This document shows positions 25,934-38,198 of a stretch of 58,644 bases of DNA, in pieces; the stretch's first letter is position 1; each line of letters opens with the position of its first letter. A program made the position numbers and the translations under genes. Source of the DNA: Octopus sinensis (lineage: Eukaryota); the NCBI RefSeq assembly GCF_006345805.1, contig NW_021833579.1, forward strand, positions 1 through 58,644, in the 5' to 3' direction. The notes beneath the pieces are model-generated. The model ran no database searches. It was not told the DNA's origin and saw only the letters and a list, made by a program, of their open reading frames with translations.

Positions 25934-26140
25934 TTATCTTTTATCTTTTACTTGTTTCAGTCATTGGTCTGGGGTACTGCCTTGAAGAATTTAGTCTAAT
26001 AAATCGGCTCCAGTATATATTTTTTAAAACCTGGTATTTATTCTATCGGTCTGTTAACTTTCGAGGAAGCAAACAAACCTACATCGATCGTCAAGTATCG
26101 GAGGGGAGACATTGACAACACGGACACAAAGGCACACACA
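25934..26140 (-). mobile_element. SINE family 2, degraded 3' half
   Basis: TTTTACTTGTTTCAGTCATT tail motif and adjacent homology. Confidence 0.7.
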
Positions 26141-26279
26141 CATACACAAATACAAGCACATTTCTATACTTAAGTTTACTGTTAACCTCCCCATTCTTAC
26201 TAACACCAAGTTGATAGTTAACTCGTTTTGTGATCATGAATGCACCAAACCTCACGTGTGCATATGCTCACAATTTCAT

Positions 26280-26322
26280 AGTTCCTGTACCCCGCCATGG
26301 GGAATGGCGGGGTACAGGAACT
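26280..26322. repeat. Perfect 19-bp inverted repeat with 5-nt spacer
   Basis: AGTTCCTGTACCCCGCCAT-GGGGA-ATGGCGGGGTACAGGAACT. Confidence 0.95.
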
Positions 26323-26689
26323 CAAGCGGCATTGAAGATAATGATGGATATATTGATGGATATATCGATGAGTAGAAGGTGAAAAAGCTTCGTTAGAGGG
26401 TTTGAAACCTCATCTTATTGCATTATTTGTAGTGGTTTATAACCTCAATTGTGTGTTTTTAAAAAAAAACAAGTTAAGTAAGAAGTTTTAGTGCCTCCTT
26501 ATTGTAAGAGGTTTGAAACTTCATATTGATTTTTTAAAAAAAGAAAATATGTTTTCGAGAAAAATCCAATCGTCAGGTGTTGGGTTTCGTCTCTCATTTA
26601 TTCATTTTATTGCATTTTCATTCGGTAATGTGTTTGTCCAGCCCGCAGCTACACTGTATACTGCCTTTATTGCAAATAATATGAAATAA

Positions 26690-27066
26690 AGTAGCTTGCT
26701 TACCAACCATATGGTTCCGGATTCAGTCCCACTGCGTGGCACCTTGGGCAAGTCTCTTCTACTAGAGACTCGGACCGACCAAAGTCTTGAGTGTGGATTT
26801 GGTAGACGGAAACTGAAAGTCCGTCGTATACATATATATATATATATATGTGTGTGTGTGCGTGTGTGTATGTTCGTATATCTGTGTTTGTCCCCCCACT
26901 ATCGCTGACAATCGATGTTAATATGTTCATGTCCCCGTAACTTAGTGGTTCGGCAAAAGAGCCGATAGAATAAGTACTAGGCTTACAAAGAATAAGTCCT
27001 GGGGTCGATTTGTTCGACTAAAGTGGTTACTCCAGCATGGCTACAGTCAAATGACAAATAAAAGAA
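26690..27066 (+). mobile_element. SINE family 2, 5' clipped
   Basis: Colinear with 18085-18490. Confidence 0.92.
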
Positions 27067-27121
27067 TACATACATACACACACACACACACAACACACAC
27101 ACACACAAACACACACTCATG

Positions 27122-27285
27122 CACGACGGACTTCTTTCAATTTCCTTCTTATAAATCCACTGACAAAGTTTAGCCGGCCTGGCGCTATAGGAGAAGACAC
27201 TAGCCGAAGGTGCCACTCAGTGAGACTGAACGAAGACCACATGGTCGAGAAGCAACCTTCTTACATATGAAGTCCCGCTTTCGCC
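27122..27285 (-). mobile_element. SINE family 2, 5' half
   Basis: Reverse complement of family-2 head/core. Confidence 0.75.
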
Positions 27286-27654
27286 TATTATGTATGTCAT
27301 ATGTTGTAGACACCAGAAATTGAAATATTTAATGCATCAGCAATTAAAATAGCAACATAAGGCGAACACAATTTCATAGAAATAAAAATCCATACTGAAT
27401 TTGAAATCTGTTCGTGAATTGTGTGAAGATTCTGTAGATATAAAGAAACCGTCTTGAAGCGTTTTAGCAACATACACATGCATGGGTCATATTCGTATTC
27501 CTACATGCATATACACATAGATACAAGTACAAGCATACACTCTTTATCTAATTCAGTGTTCATTAAAACTTGTTCCTCCTGGGTTGTATTTTTACTATCT
27601 TTTAATCTTAATTACATTTACAAAGTGTATATATACACATACGTGCATACATAA

Positions 27655-27702
<48 letters not shown>

Positions 27703-28022
27703 GGACAGACAAACAGACAGACAGACTGAGGTAAAGACAGAGAGACTGAGACAAACAGAGAGGGAGAGAACAAGAGTCGATAGACGAGATCCAGCGATGC
27801 TCAATATAGAAAACATTTTGTAGCGCTCAAGTGATTTGAACTTACACTCCGAAGTCGTTATCGAGGACCAAGTCCGTGGGGTAAAGAGTGGCTATAAAAG
27901 AAATCCAGGTAAGCAGATATGGAGATAATGATGCAAATAAACAAAAACTATTTGTTTATTTGCATCATTATTTCTCTCTCCCTCTCTTTCCCACTCTCCC
28001 TTTCTCTCTCTCTCTCTCTATA

Positions 28023-28085
<63 letters not shown>

Positions 28086-28098
28086 TGTGTGTGTGTGC

Positions 28099-28135
<37 letters not shown>

Positions 28136-28204
28136 TGAGGGAATATTATTCCAAACTTGTATGTATTATGTATGATGTATGTATGGATGTATGTATATGT
28201 ATGT

Positions 28205-28250
<46 letters not shown>

Positions 28251-28639
28251 ATATATAATATATATTATACACATAATACATACACGTGTGGTGTTGTGTA
28301 TTTACTCATCACTAGTCTTCCATAGAATGTTAACGTGGAAGCATCACAGAACTTATTATCCGAGTGATAGAGTTGTGCAAGCCTCTACCAAAATTCTCAG
28401 TGCTAGGCACCCAGTCTTGGTTTTCGCTTGATCCAAGTCTGCAGCTCCAATATATTCTTTTCTACCATATTTGCCCCCCACCTCATTTATTTTTCAGCAA
28501 ATTTACAGGAGGTCAATACGTCGTTTTCACCTGTACATTTCTCTTGAAGTGGTACTTGAAAGTTGACGACGGTTCCACCCAAAAGGAAAGTATCTATCCT
28601 CAATATTTTGCCTAAAAACTCGTCCACCATAGTAAATGC

Positions 28640-28890
28640 ACGAGGTGAGAGTGTTGCACTCACAATCGAAAGAATGTAATTTTGATTCCTGAACCTGTCA
28701 CCGAGTTGTGTCCTTGAGCAAAACACTTCATTTCACGTCGCTCCAATCCAGTCAGTTATTAATGAATTCCAGCGATAGCTGGGAAGTTAACATTCCGGTG
28801 GACTGGCGCCCAGTTCAACGAGGCATGTTGTAATCTTAGTCATTTGTGCACAATCGAATCTAATTTAAGCTCCTGCTTTATACGTCCCAG
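28640..28890 (+). mobile_element. Degraded tRNA-derived SINE related to 36490-36728
   Basis: TTGTGTCCTTGAGCAAAACACTTCATTTCACG core and GGACTGGCGCCCAGT motif shared with that copy. Confidence 0.6.
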
Positions 28891-29374
28891 ACATAGGTCA
28901 TGACAGACCAATGTTTGGGTTTAAGTTGTCTACCGTACTAATATTAATTATGACAAGGATATTACGGATTATTAATAACCCCACATACACACCATATACG
29001 CATTTTTAAGTCTAAAAAGAAATTTAAACAATATTTTTTTTTAAATAATGCAATTTTCAATAAAAGTTGATTTTAATCGGCAATAAATCAACAACTTTTT
29101 ATATTTACAAATGAAAGAATGAAAAACACAGAACAAGAATTATTTTTTCATTTTATTTTGAATATCAAAGGCAAAAGTAAAACATAATTGAATTTCTAAA
29201 AAATGGTTTTATGGGAACTTAATTCTTTGCCAAGACGATAAGAGATTACAGCATTGACAACTACAAAAACAAAAAAGGAACAAAACTAAATATTTAGCAA
29301 AACAATATAAAATAATATTCAAGGAACAGAAATCAACAGCTCGAGAAATAAGCAGAATAGGTAAATAAATATAT

Positions 29375-29856
<482 letters not shown>

Positions 29857-30151
29857 GTGTAGGTATATATATATGTATACATATGTATATGTATGTATAT
29901 ATATATATGTGTGTGTGTGTGTCATACAACAAAATAGATAAATTATATATAAATATACGAAAATTATTTGAATTAAATGGACGGCTATACTTATATACAA
30001 ATACATACACACACACACATATATATATATATAGATGTGTATGTGAGTATGTGTGTGTATGTATGTATATATATATATATATATACTATATACGCACATA
30101 CATATATACATACATGCATACAAAGATACGTGCATATAATTTTTGTATGTA

Positions 30152-30191
<40 letters not shown>

Positions 30192-31064
30192 CATATATAT
30201 ATACATATCTACATACACATACGTGCGCATATACATACAGACATACATATCTACACAATATGCATAATGTTTTAAATAAAGATTAAACGGTCTGTTAGGA
30301 TTTTCATTAAGACATCAAAAGCTTGTCTAAATGGCTCTCTTAACGGTGGAAGTGTCGATTGAAGGTTAAAAGTGACAAAGTGGTGGAGTGGAGTGGACGT
30401 AGAGTGAGGTGATGGTAGCAGTAGTCATGGCAATGGTGGTGGTTGTGGTGGTGGTGACGATGATTGCAATGATAAAGGTAGATTATTCAGCTGGGACGGT
30501 TATTGCTTAATGATTAAACGTAAGAACTCTATCAGCTTACAGGTAAGGGATAATGTTAAGCGATGTTTCGAGCTGTTTAACCAAGGTTAGTTAGAGGTTG
30601 ATTGAATGGCGGAAGATGATTTGGCAGCCGACATGTAGTGGACGAAACTGGTTATTTGTGGGCAATGGTCAGTGGTTCAATTATGATTCTTTCTCTTTTT
30701 TTCCATTGTGCCAAAACAATTTATTGTCACAAAACATGAGTAAATGATGGCGATGGAATGGAAAGTTAATGCATATGCACATACTTACAATTACACACAT
30801 ACACACACATGCACACAGACGTATATACCCATGCAAAAACATAGCGATATCTTCTACCGGTATGTGTGGCCACTTTTTTCTGTCTTCTAAAGAGCATTTA
30901 CCTGATTTCCTAAGCTGCCTTCACATCCATCCTGCGTTCAAGGAATTACTTTATTTTCTGTAGAAAACTGACTCAGCTGGCGCTCATAAGTTTGTTTACA
31001 AAATGTTGTCACATTCCAAACCCTATTTTTTAACGTTATAAAAAAGTGATAATTAATACCATGT

Positions 31065-31245
31065 GTCTCTTAGTTTAATAGTACAGGGTATTCAGCCAGA
31101 ATTTGAGAGGTACAGAGTTCGATTCTCTGTAGAGGCTTACTGATCACCTTTTCCCCATTTCTTACTTAAGGGTATTTACCCGATTATCTAAGCTGGTCCA
31201 CAGCCATCCTGACTTGGAGGAATTCCTTTATTTTCTGTTGAAAAT
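31065..31245 (+). mobile_element. Degraded SINE-like element whose 3' part recurs at ~30862-30967
   Basis: B-box-like GAGTTCGATTCTC; CTAAGCTG...CCATCCTG...GGAATT.CTTTATTTTCTGT.GAAAA occurs twice. Confidence 0.4.
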
Positions 31246-31287
31246 GTGTGTGTGTTTGTGTGTATGTGTGTGTGTGTGTGTGTGTGT

Positions 31288-31445
31288 AGTTCAAATTAAC
31301 AAAAAACAAAAGACATAGACAGGTGAAGGTTCAACGAGCAGGTGTATTAGTTTAACGCTCGGGAAGAATGGAAAAGTCTTTGACGTTTGGAACAAATGCT
31401 CTTCAACAGAAAATAGACAAAAAAGCAGAGATAAAATGTGAAGGG
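31288..31445 (-). mobile_element. Second copy of the 5195-5435 repeat (probable Penelope-like 3' end)
   Basis: Shared ACGTCAAAGACTTTTCCATT.TTCCCGAGCGT.AAAC.AATACACCTG. Confidence 0.6.
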
Positions 31446-31539
31446 ATTAAGAGAGGCTGAGTGGAATGGAGATAATAACGATGACCCGGCCGAACCAGGG
31501 TGCGTAAGCGCGCGTGTATATATATATATGTATATATAC

Positions 31540-31836
31540 ATTTACAAGATAAGGGCAGAAGAAAAATTCTAATGCCAAATATGCCGAAACAAAAAATTGT
31601 CGATAACCATTATAATTTATGCGTCTCGAAACAAACCAATAGAAATCTCTAAAAAATTCGTTATTACCGTATTGATCCAATTTCGGGGTTAATTCATAAG
31701 AAAATTTTCCCCTCTTCAGGGGCAAATACGCGAGATATAAGTGAAATACTTACTCACACCCATGGAAAAAGCAAGCACTAAGGACTTAGTATTTCACTTA
31801 GCATTAGAATTTTTCTTCTGCCCTTATCTTGTAAAT
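31540..31836. mobile_element. Element with 36-bp perfect inverted termini and an internal hammerhead-like core
   Basis: ATTTACAAGATAAGGGCAGAAGAAAAATTCTAATGC inverted at 31801-31836; minus strand CTGAAGA-GGGG...CCCC-GAAA-TTGGA-TC. Confidence 0.6.
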
Positions 31837-31941
31837 TATTTATAAATTTAACCTTTAAAGGTATTTTTTGATATGCTGGCCATTGATAAAATTTTTTTCA
31901 CGAAAAAAATTTATGCTACATTAATTATAATTATATAATAA

Positions 31942-31985
<44 letters not shown>

Positions 31986-32191
31986 TACTCTTTTACCTGT
32001 TTCAGTCATTTGACTGTGGCTATGCTGGAGTACCACCTTTAGTTGAGCAAATCGACCCCAGGACTTATTTTTTGTAAGCCTAGTACTTATTTTATCGGTC
32101 AGTTTTGCCGAACCGCGAAGTTACGGAGAGGTAAACACACCAGCATCGGTTGTCAAGCGATGTTGGGCGGGGTACAAACACAGACACACAG

Positions 32192-32268
<77 letters not shown>

Positions 32269-32427
32269 CGGTCTTCTTTCAGTTTCCGTCTACCAAATCC
32301 ACTCACAAAGCTTTGGTCGGCCCGATGCTATTGTAGAAGACACTTGCCCAAGGTGCCACGGAGTGGGACTGAACCCGGAACCATGTGGTCGGTAAGCAAG
32401 CTACTTACCACACAGCCACTCCTGCGC
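31986..32427 (-). mobile_element. SINE family 2, full length
   Basis: Reverse complement colinear with 18064-18499. Confidence 0.93.
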
Positions 32428-32454
32428 TCATATATATATAGCACACGACTGGGA

Positions 32455-32893
32455 AACGCAGTGCCCTGCAACTGCATAAGTGCATCCGAATGTCCGTTAC
32501 GTGGGGAATGTCGGACTAAAAACGTAATCTATTCATGTGAGGTGAGTATCCAGTTTAACACACTCACCTACATAGGTTGCTCGACCTTCTGGAAATCCAG
32601 ATACTACAACCACCGGTCCTCGTTCAAGCATAGACACAAGGCTAGCAGCACCTCTCTATCTAAAAAAAAATTGGGAATTAAAAGACAATAGCATAGGTTT
32701 CAAACTCAGGTGGTCCATCATCGGATCAGCTGCATCTTATTTAAATAATAGAACAGGATGCCAGCTATGTTGTGTAGAACTCCTGAATATCTTGAAATTC
32801 AAGGAGAAACACAAACTAATTAATAAAAGATCTGAATTCAAGCCCTCTTGTATACACAAACTAACCAATACTTTTAAATACTACAAAGCTTAG
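32455..32893 (+). pseudogene. GIY-YIG endonuclease domain of a Penelope-like element
   Basis: CNC-x5-CPLRGEC, NVIY...YIG, KSRYYNH, then a frameshift at an A9 run to WELKD...WSII...CQLCCVE...INKRSE...CIH. Confidence 0.9.
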
Positions 32894-33745
32894 GCTATTA
32901 TACCAACTGCCCCCATGCAATATCCTCCCATCCAAGTACAACTTGTCGGCTCCAGCACATCCGGTTTTTTTCCTATATATATATTTTTTTTCCTATATAT
33001 ATATTTTGTCTCCCATATATTTTTTTTCCTATATATTTCTTTTCCTACATCTATCTTTTTCCTATATATATATTTTTTTCCCTATATCTATACCTTTTCC
33101 ATTTCTAGCTTTGATGTTGAGCGCACACCCCCGAACCCCGCTTTCCACCATTTCACTTATGACTACTCCGTAATTTTCCCTCCTCCCTGCCTCAGTTCCC
33201 CTCCCCGCCCCTGGATGGTCACCTTTAACACACACCTGTACCTTTACCTTTGCAACCACCTTTTATTTTTACCTTCATTTCATGTTAATCTTTACTCGAT
33301 TACCTTTATGTATAATTTTATTTTATTTATTATTTCTAACTTTTAATTTTATCCTTATTTTTACTTCTATTTTTACCCCTATTTTATCACTTTTTATCTC
33401 TATGTATGTCTATTTTTAGTTCTTTTTCCTTATATGCTTATCTATGTATTTGTATGTATATGTATATATGTGTGTGCGTATGAATATGTATGTGTGTTTA
33501 TGCGTGTATGCCTTTTTTTATATTTTTTTATATATTTTATATATATCTATATATATGTGTGTGTGTCCGTGTATATATATGTATGTGTATACGCATATAT
33601 AGACACACAGATATATGTGTGTGCGTGTGGATGTGTGTGTGTGGGTCCATGTGTATGTATATATGCGTGTATGTATATATGTGTGTGTGTGTGTATGTAT
33701 GTACACATATATATACGTGTGTGTATGTGTATATGTAGTGTAGTA

Positions 33746-33797
<52 letters not shown>

Positions 33798-34923
33798 TGT
33801 TATACTTTCTTACCCTCAGGTTTCTTAGTTTCATGTCTACCTTTTGTGCCCACTATAATTCCGTATCTTGCCTGTGCGCGAGAATGGATCTACTTGTTAT
33901 ACCTGTGTCTGTGCATATGCATATTTTTGTGTATATGCATAGGGATCTACTCCCCCATGTGTGTGGGTGTGGGCGTGAGTGTGGGTGTATGCATATTTTT
34001 GCCCATATGCATGGAGATTCACTTCGTCTTGTGAATGAGTGTAAGTGCGAGTGTGCCTGTATGTGCGCATGTGCATATATGTATGTACGTACGTATGCGC
34101 GTCAGTTCGTGTACCCAACTACATGCGCCTTTTCCCGTATGCATCTGTATATTTTTACACGAGAGTACGTATGTATGCTTGTATGCGTGTGGTTGTGTAT
34201 GCGTGCGTATATGTACGCGTGTATATGTGTATATGTATCCATACGTGTATGTATGTGCATGTTGACCACTAGACAATTTACGAGGAAATAGATAAGCGGT
34301 TTAACCACAAACCAGACAACCCTAATCTACAATATACTGGGTCCCCAGACGTCTCAGTTGATTTATGACACCCACTGCTTAGGCTTCTACAACCAGAATA
34401 GGTCATCTTTCTGACCACCATGTTAGTGCGTAACCACTTTATATCCCTTATCCTTATATTCTTTTATGTTTTTATATTCTTATATATTTTTGATACTTTT
34501 TTATATTTGTTTATATCTTTATATTCATTTATACTTTTTTTATATTTCTTTATATTTTTATATTTCATATTTCTATATTTATATTTTTTTATCTTTTATA
34601 TTTTTATATTTCATATTTCTATATTTATTTTTTTTATCTTTTATATTTTTATATTTTTTTATCTTTCGTCCTTAATTCTCGCCCCTCTATCTTTATCCCT
34701 ATTTACTCTTATTACCAGGTTCCTTCACGTCTGTGTATATTTATTTATTCATTTATTTATATTACCTCAACATCCAAACTTCCTCATTCTACATTGAGAG
34801 AAAGACGGGATGGACGCTTCATTTTTGTGCTGGTACCGCATTATGTCGTACGCGACTGAGAGGATTTGCATCCCCAACGTAGAATTTTTTATCTAATACA
34901 TGTCCTTGAAGTAGTAATTGTGC

Positions 34924-34986
34924 GCGGCTGAAGAAGGCCATAGACACACATTATGCGTCCAATAAACGCCCGAAACTATGTACCGC
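34924..34986 (+). ncRNA. Type I minimal hammerhead ribozyme candidate
   Basis: Stem I GCGG/CCGC, CUGAAGA, stem II GGC/GCC, GAAA, 2-bp stem III AC/GU, GUA cleavage triplet. Confidence 0.65.
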
Positions 34987-35023
34987 TGAATCCTTGGCAT
35001 CATGTTTTATTTTGATTAATATA

Positions 35024-35092
<69 letters not shown>

Positions 35093-35093
<1 letters not shown>

Positions 35094-35417
35094 CATCCCA
35101 ACCACATGATTCCAGGTTCAGTACCACTGCGTAGTACCTAGGCATGTGTCTTGTGAGGAGATATGGTAGACCGAAACTGAAAGGAACACATCGTATGTAT
35201 GTATATATGCATGTGTGTCATTATGTATGTGTTTGTCCCTCCATCACCGCTTGACTAGCGGTGTTGGAGTGTTTACGTCCCCATAACTCAGTGGATCACA
35301 AAAGAGACCGATAAAATATAAGTCCTAAGGTCGATTTCTTCGACTGCAACCTTTCAAGGCGGTACTCCAGCATGGCCGCAGTCAATTAACAGAAACAAGT
35401 AAGAAAAATAAAAGAAA
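35093..35417 (+). mobile_element. SINE family 2, degraded
   Basis: Colinear with 18064-18499. Confidence 0.85.
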
Positions 35418-35490
35418 TATGTATATAAATATATATATATATATTTAAATATCGAACACTACATTGATAGATAAAATTTCTTTATTTGTG

Positions 35491-35835
35491 TATTAAGACT
35501 ATACTTTGGTTTCATGTTAAGAAAATATCTTAATATTTTAACAACTTTTCAAGCCGATCACAAGGAGGATTGGAGGAATGGTGTTCGTCTCCATTTTGGA
35601 TAAAATCACGAAAATTCACAGGGTTTCACAGTAAAGTCTCGTAAAGAAAACAAGAAATTCAAGAGTAGCGCTCATTGATTTCTTATTTTTTTACGAGCCT
35701 TTATTGCGAAAGCCCGTGAAAATTCGTGGTTTCATCCAAAATAGAGGCGAACACTGTTCCTCTGTCTGATTAGCTTGAAGAAATTGCGAAGATATCAGGA
35801 TATTTCTTAACATGAAACCAAGTATGGCCTTAATA
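35491..35835. mobile_element. Fully palindromic ~345-bp MITE-like element
   Basis: ~165-bp diverged inverted arms TATTAAGACTATAC.../...GTATGGCCTTAATA. Confidence 0.6.
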
Positions 35836-36290
35836 CGGATTAAAAGCGCTAAGCAGCAATTTGTACAAACATAAATTTGTTAGCAGTTCAAATATACTAG
35901 AGACATATAGGAACCTGTAAGAAAACTATTCGCTACATTTTGCCGAAGAGGAAAAACCTCGCTGAAGACTAGAAAGTGTAGACAAATCAGTCTGGATCGC
36001 TCTCTACCTAAATCGATGGATGCGTCCATTTCGGATTAGTTATCTCCTCTTCAGTAGTGGAAAGAGAGGTGCTCCGAGCTGATTACGAGAGACCACATCA
36101 CTCTAATTACCTTCCATTAAAAGTATTGTAACAAGTTGTGCTAATCGACAGTCCAGCCGCAGTAAAATATGGAATAAAAGCGCTAAGGTGTGATGTGTAC
36201 ATATGTAAACTTGTTAGCAGTTCAAATATGCTTGAGATATATTCGCATCAGAAAGAAAGCCTTTCACTACATAAAAATTCTCGCTAGAAA
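35832..36290 (-). mobile_element. Retrozyme/PLE-like partial tandem repeat (period 334 bp) containing a hammerhead core
   Basis: TAAAAGCGCTAAG...TTGTTAGCAGTTCAAATAT at 35841 and 36175; hammerhead between the repeats. Confidence 0.5.
36001..36067 (-). ncRNA. Hammerhead ribozyme candidate (type I, stem I degenerate)
   Basis: CUGAAGA-GGA-loop-UCC-GAAA-UGGA-CGCA-UCCA-UC: intact core, 3-bp stem II, 5-bp stem III. Confidence 0.55.
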
Positions 36291-36489
36291 GTTTGATGCT
36301 TGGAATAGTTCGGCAGAAAATTGCTTCATAGGCTTATGCTAATTGCACAAATATATATTGGAGCAAGACGAACATCATCGCTTTAGTAATTCACAATGAC
36401 AACACATGCGTTTCGCCTTTATTCTGCCTATCAATGATGTGTCACCAGTTTAAATGAAATTCATGTCTCGACATGAATAAAGCAATTGG

Positions 36490-36728
36490 GGAGGTGCGTG
36501 GCTTAGGAGTTAGGGTGTCAGCATCATGATCGTAAGATTGTGGTTTCGATTCCCGGACCGGGCGACGCGTTGTGTTCTTGAACAAAACACATCATTTCAC
36601 GTAGCTTCAGTCCACTCAGCTGGCAAAAATGAGTAACGCTGCGATGGACTGACGTCCCGTCCAGCTGGGGAACACATACGCCATAGAAACCTGGAAACCG
36701 GGCCCGTGAGTCTGGCTAAGCTTTAAAA
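36490..36728 (+). mobile_element. tRNA-derived SINE (family 4)
   Basis: tRNA-like head TGGCTTAGGAGTTAGG...GTTTCGATTCC; CORE-like TTGTGTTCTTGAACAAAACAC; GCGATGGACTG.CGTCCCGTCCAG. Confidence 0.85.
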
Positions 36729-36939
36729 ATAAAACAATCACTGGTGCTGCGGGATCTTACTGAACTGTTATGGTTTTAACACAAGTCCATGAAGAGATTT
36801 TATCTCAGACAATTTCACAGCATCGTGCTTTTCAACGGTGTATATCTATATACATTTCATATGATACACATAGAGCGAGTTTAATTTAATAGTTTCAGCT
36901 GCGTACACTGAGTTTATATACATATACATACGTTCTTTT

Positions 36940-37150
36940 ATATTTTTACTCTTTTACTTGTTTCAGCCATTTAACTGTGGCCATGTTGGAGCACCGCCTG
37001 AAATGGGCTTCTCAGTCGAATAAATCGACCTCAGGACTTAATCTTTCTAAGCCTAGTATCTATTCTATTGTTCTCTGTTGCCGAACCGCTAAGTTACTCT
37101 AAGACAACATCAGTCAAGCGATGGGTGGGAGACAAACACAGGCACAAAGA
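36940..37150 (-). mobile_element. SINE family 2, 3' half
   Basis: Reverse complement of family-2 tail. Confidence 0.85.
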
Positions 37151-37240
37151 CATACACAAATAAATATGCGTGTTTGCGAACATTTGTAAAAGATATGTGT
37201 GGTGTGTATGTGTGTATATGTGTGTGTACACATACATATA

Positions 37241-38108
37241 CGTGGTTTGATCATAGTAACGATGCTAAAGCACGCAGAGTAAAGCTGCTTGGCACAAATT
37301 GGACTTGAACTCTGCTGTCCATGCGCACTACGTTCTAACGTTCTAGCTCACTTCCTCTGTTTATAGTAGTACTTGGAAGGAAGGTGTGTAGCATGTGATG
37401 GTCACATTGACTATGGCAGAGAGAGTGGAGCAGATAATTTGCATCAAACTTTGCGTCAAATCTGCATCAAATGCTTGGCGATACCTGCTCAGAGGCCTAC
37501 GCAAAGTTTTCAAAAACTTTTTATCGTTATCGACACAATCAAGGGGATTTTGTGCAACTGAAACCCGAGTGTGCTTTTGGTCAGCTGAAAGCAATTCTGG
37601 CACAAACTTGGCAGACACGCGTCTCATACCCAAATCTTCGCTGATAATATACTAAGCTGAACCGTAATTAATCTGCTCATCCTCTGATAACTCACAGATG
37701 GTGATTCGACGATTTTCCCTCACAGCTGCACGCACCTCTGCGATATTTTTTTCAGTTCTGCTGGTTGTGGATCTCCCAGAACGTTTGTCACAATCAGCAT
37801 TTTTTCGGCCATCACTCGTTGACTTGTATGCAGCTCATACACTCCTCTCGATACATTTTCTGCAACTTTGCGTGGGCCTCTGAGCAGATATCGCCATAAC
37901 AACTTTTCTGCCATGGTCAATGCCACGAACATACGCTACATACCTTCCTTCCAAGCACTGCTGTAAACAGAAAAAGTCAGCTAGAGCGTTAAAACTTAGA
38001 GCACATTCACAGCAGAATTTAAGGTCAATCTTTGTCAAGCGGCTTCCCTTTGCATGCCTTAGGTTCGTTACTATGGCAACAGTCTGGATACTTATTGATC
38101 AGACCTCA
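37241..38108. mobile_element. Second copy of the two-left-end mariner derivative
   Basis: Colinear with 23689-24488, with the same inversion junction AGGCCTACGCAAAGTTTT. Confidence 0.88.
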
Positions 38109-38145
38109 TGTTTATACATATATATACATATATATATAAACACAC

Positions 38146-38198
<53 letters not shown>

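Larger units (their letters stand above)
32441..35015 (+). mobile_element. Penelope-like retroelement, 5'-truncated: GIY-YIG endonuclease, long simple-sequence 3' region, terminal hammerhead
   Basis: EN coding remnant followed ~2 kb later by a same-strand hammerhead; linking the two parts into one element is inference. Confidence 0.65.

Noticed and set aside
28330-28520. Possible RTE 3' remnant on the minus strand
   Set aside because: Too degraded to support by eye.
32455-32893. Selenocysteine-encoding PLE endonuclease
   Set aside because: All conserved Cys positions are TGC/TGT; there is no in-frame TGA.
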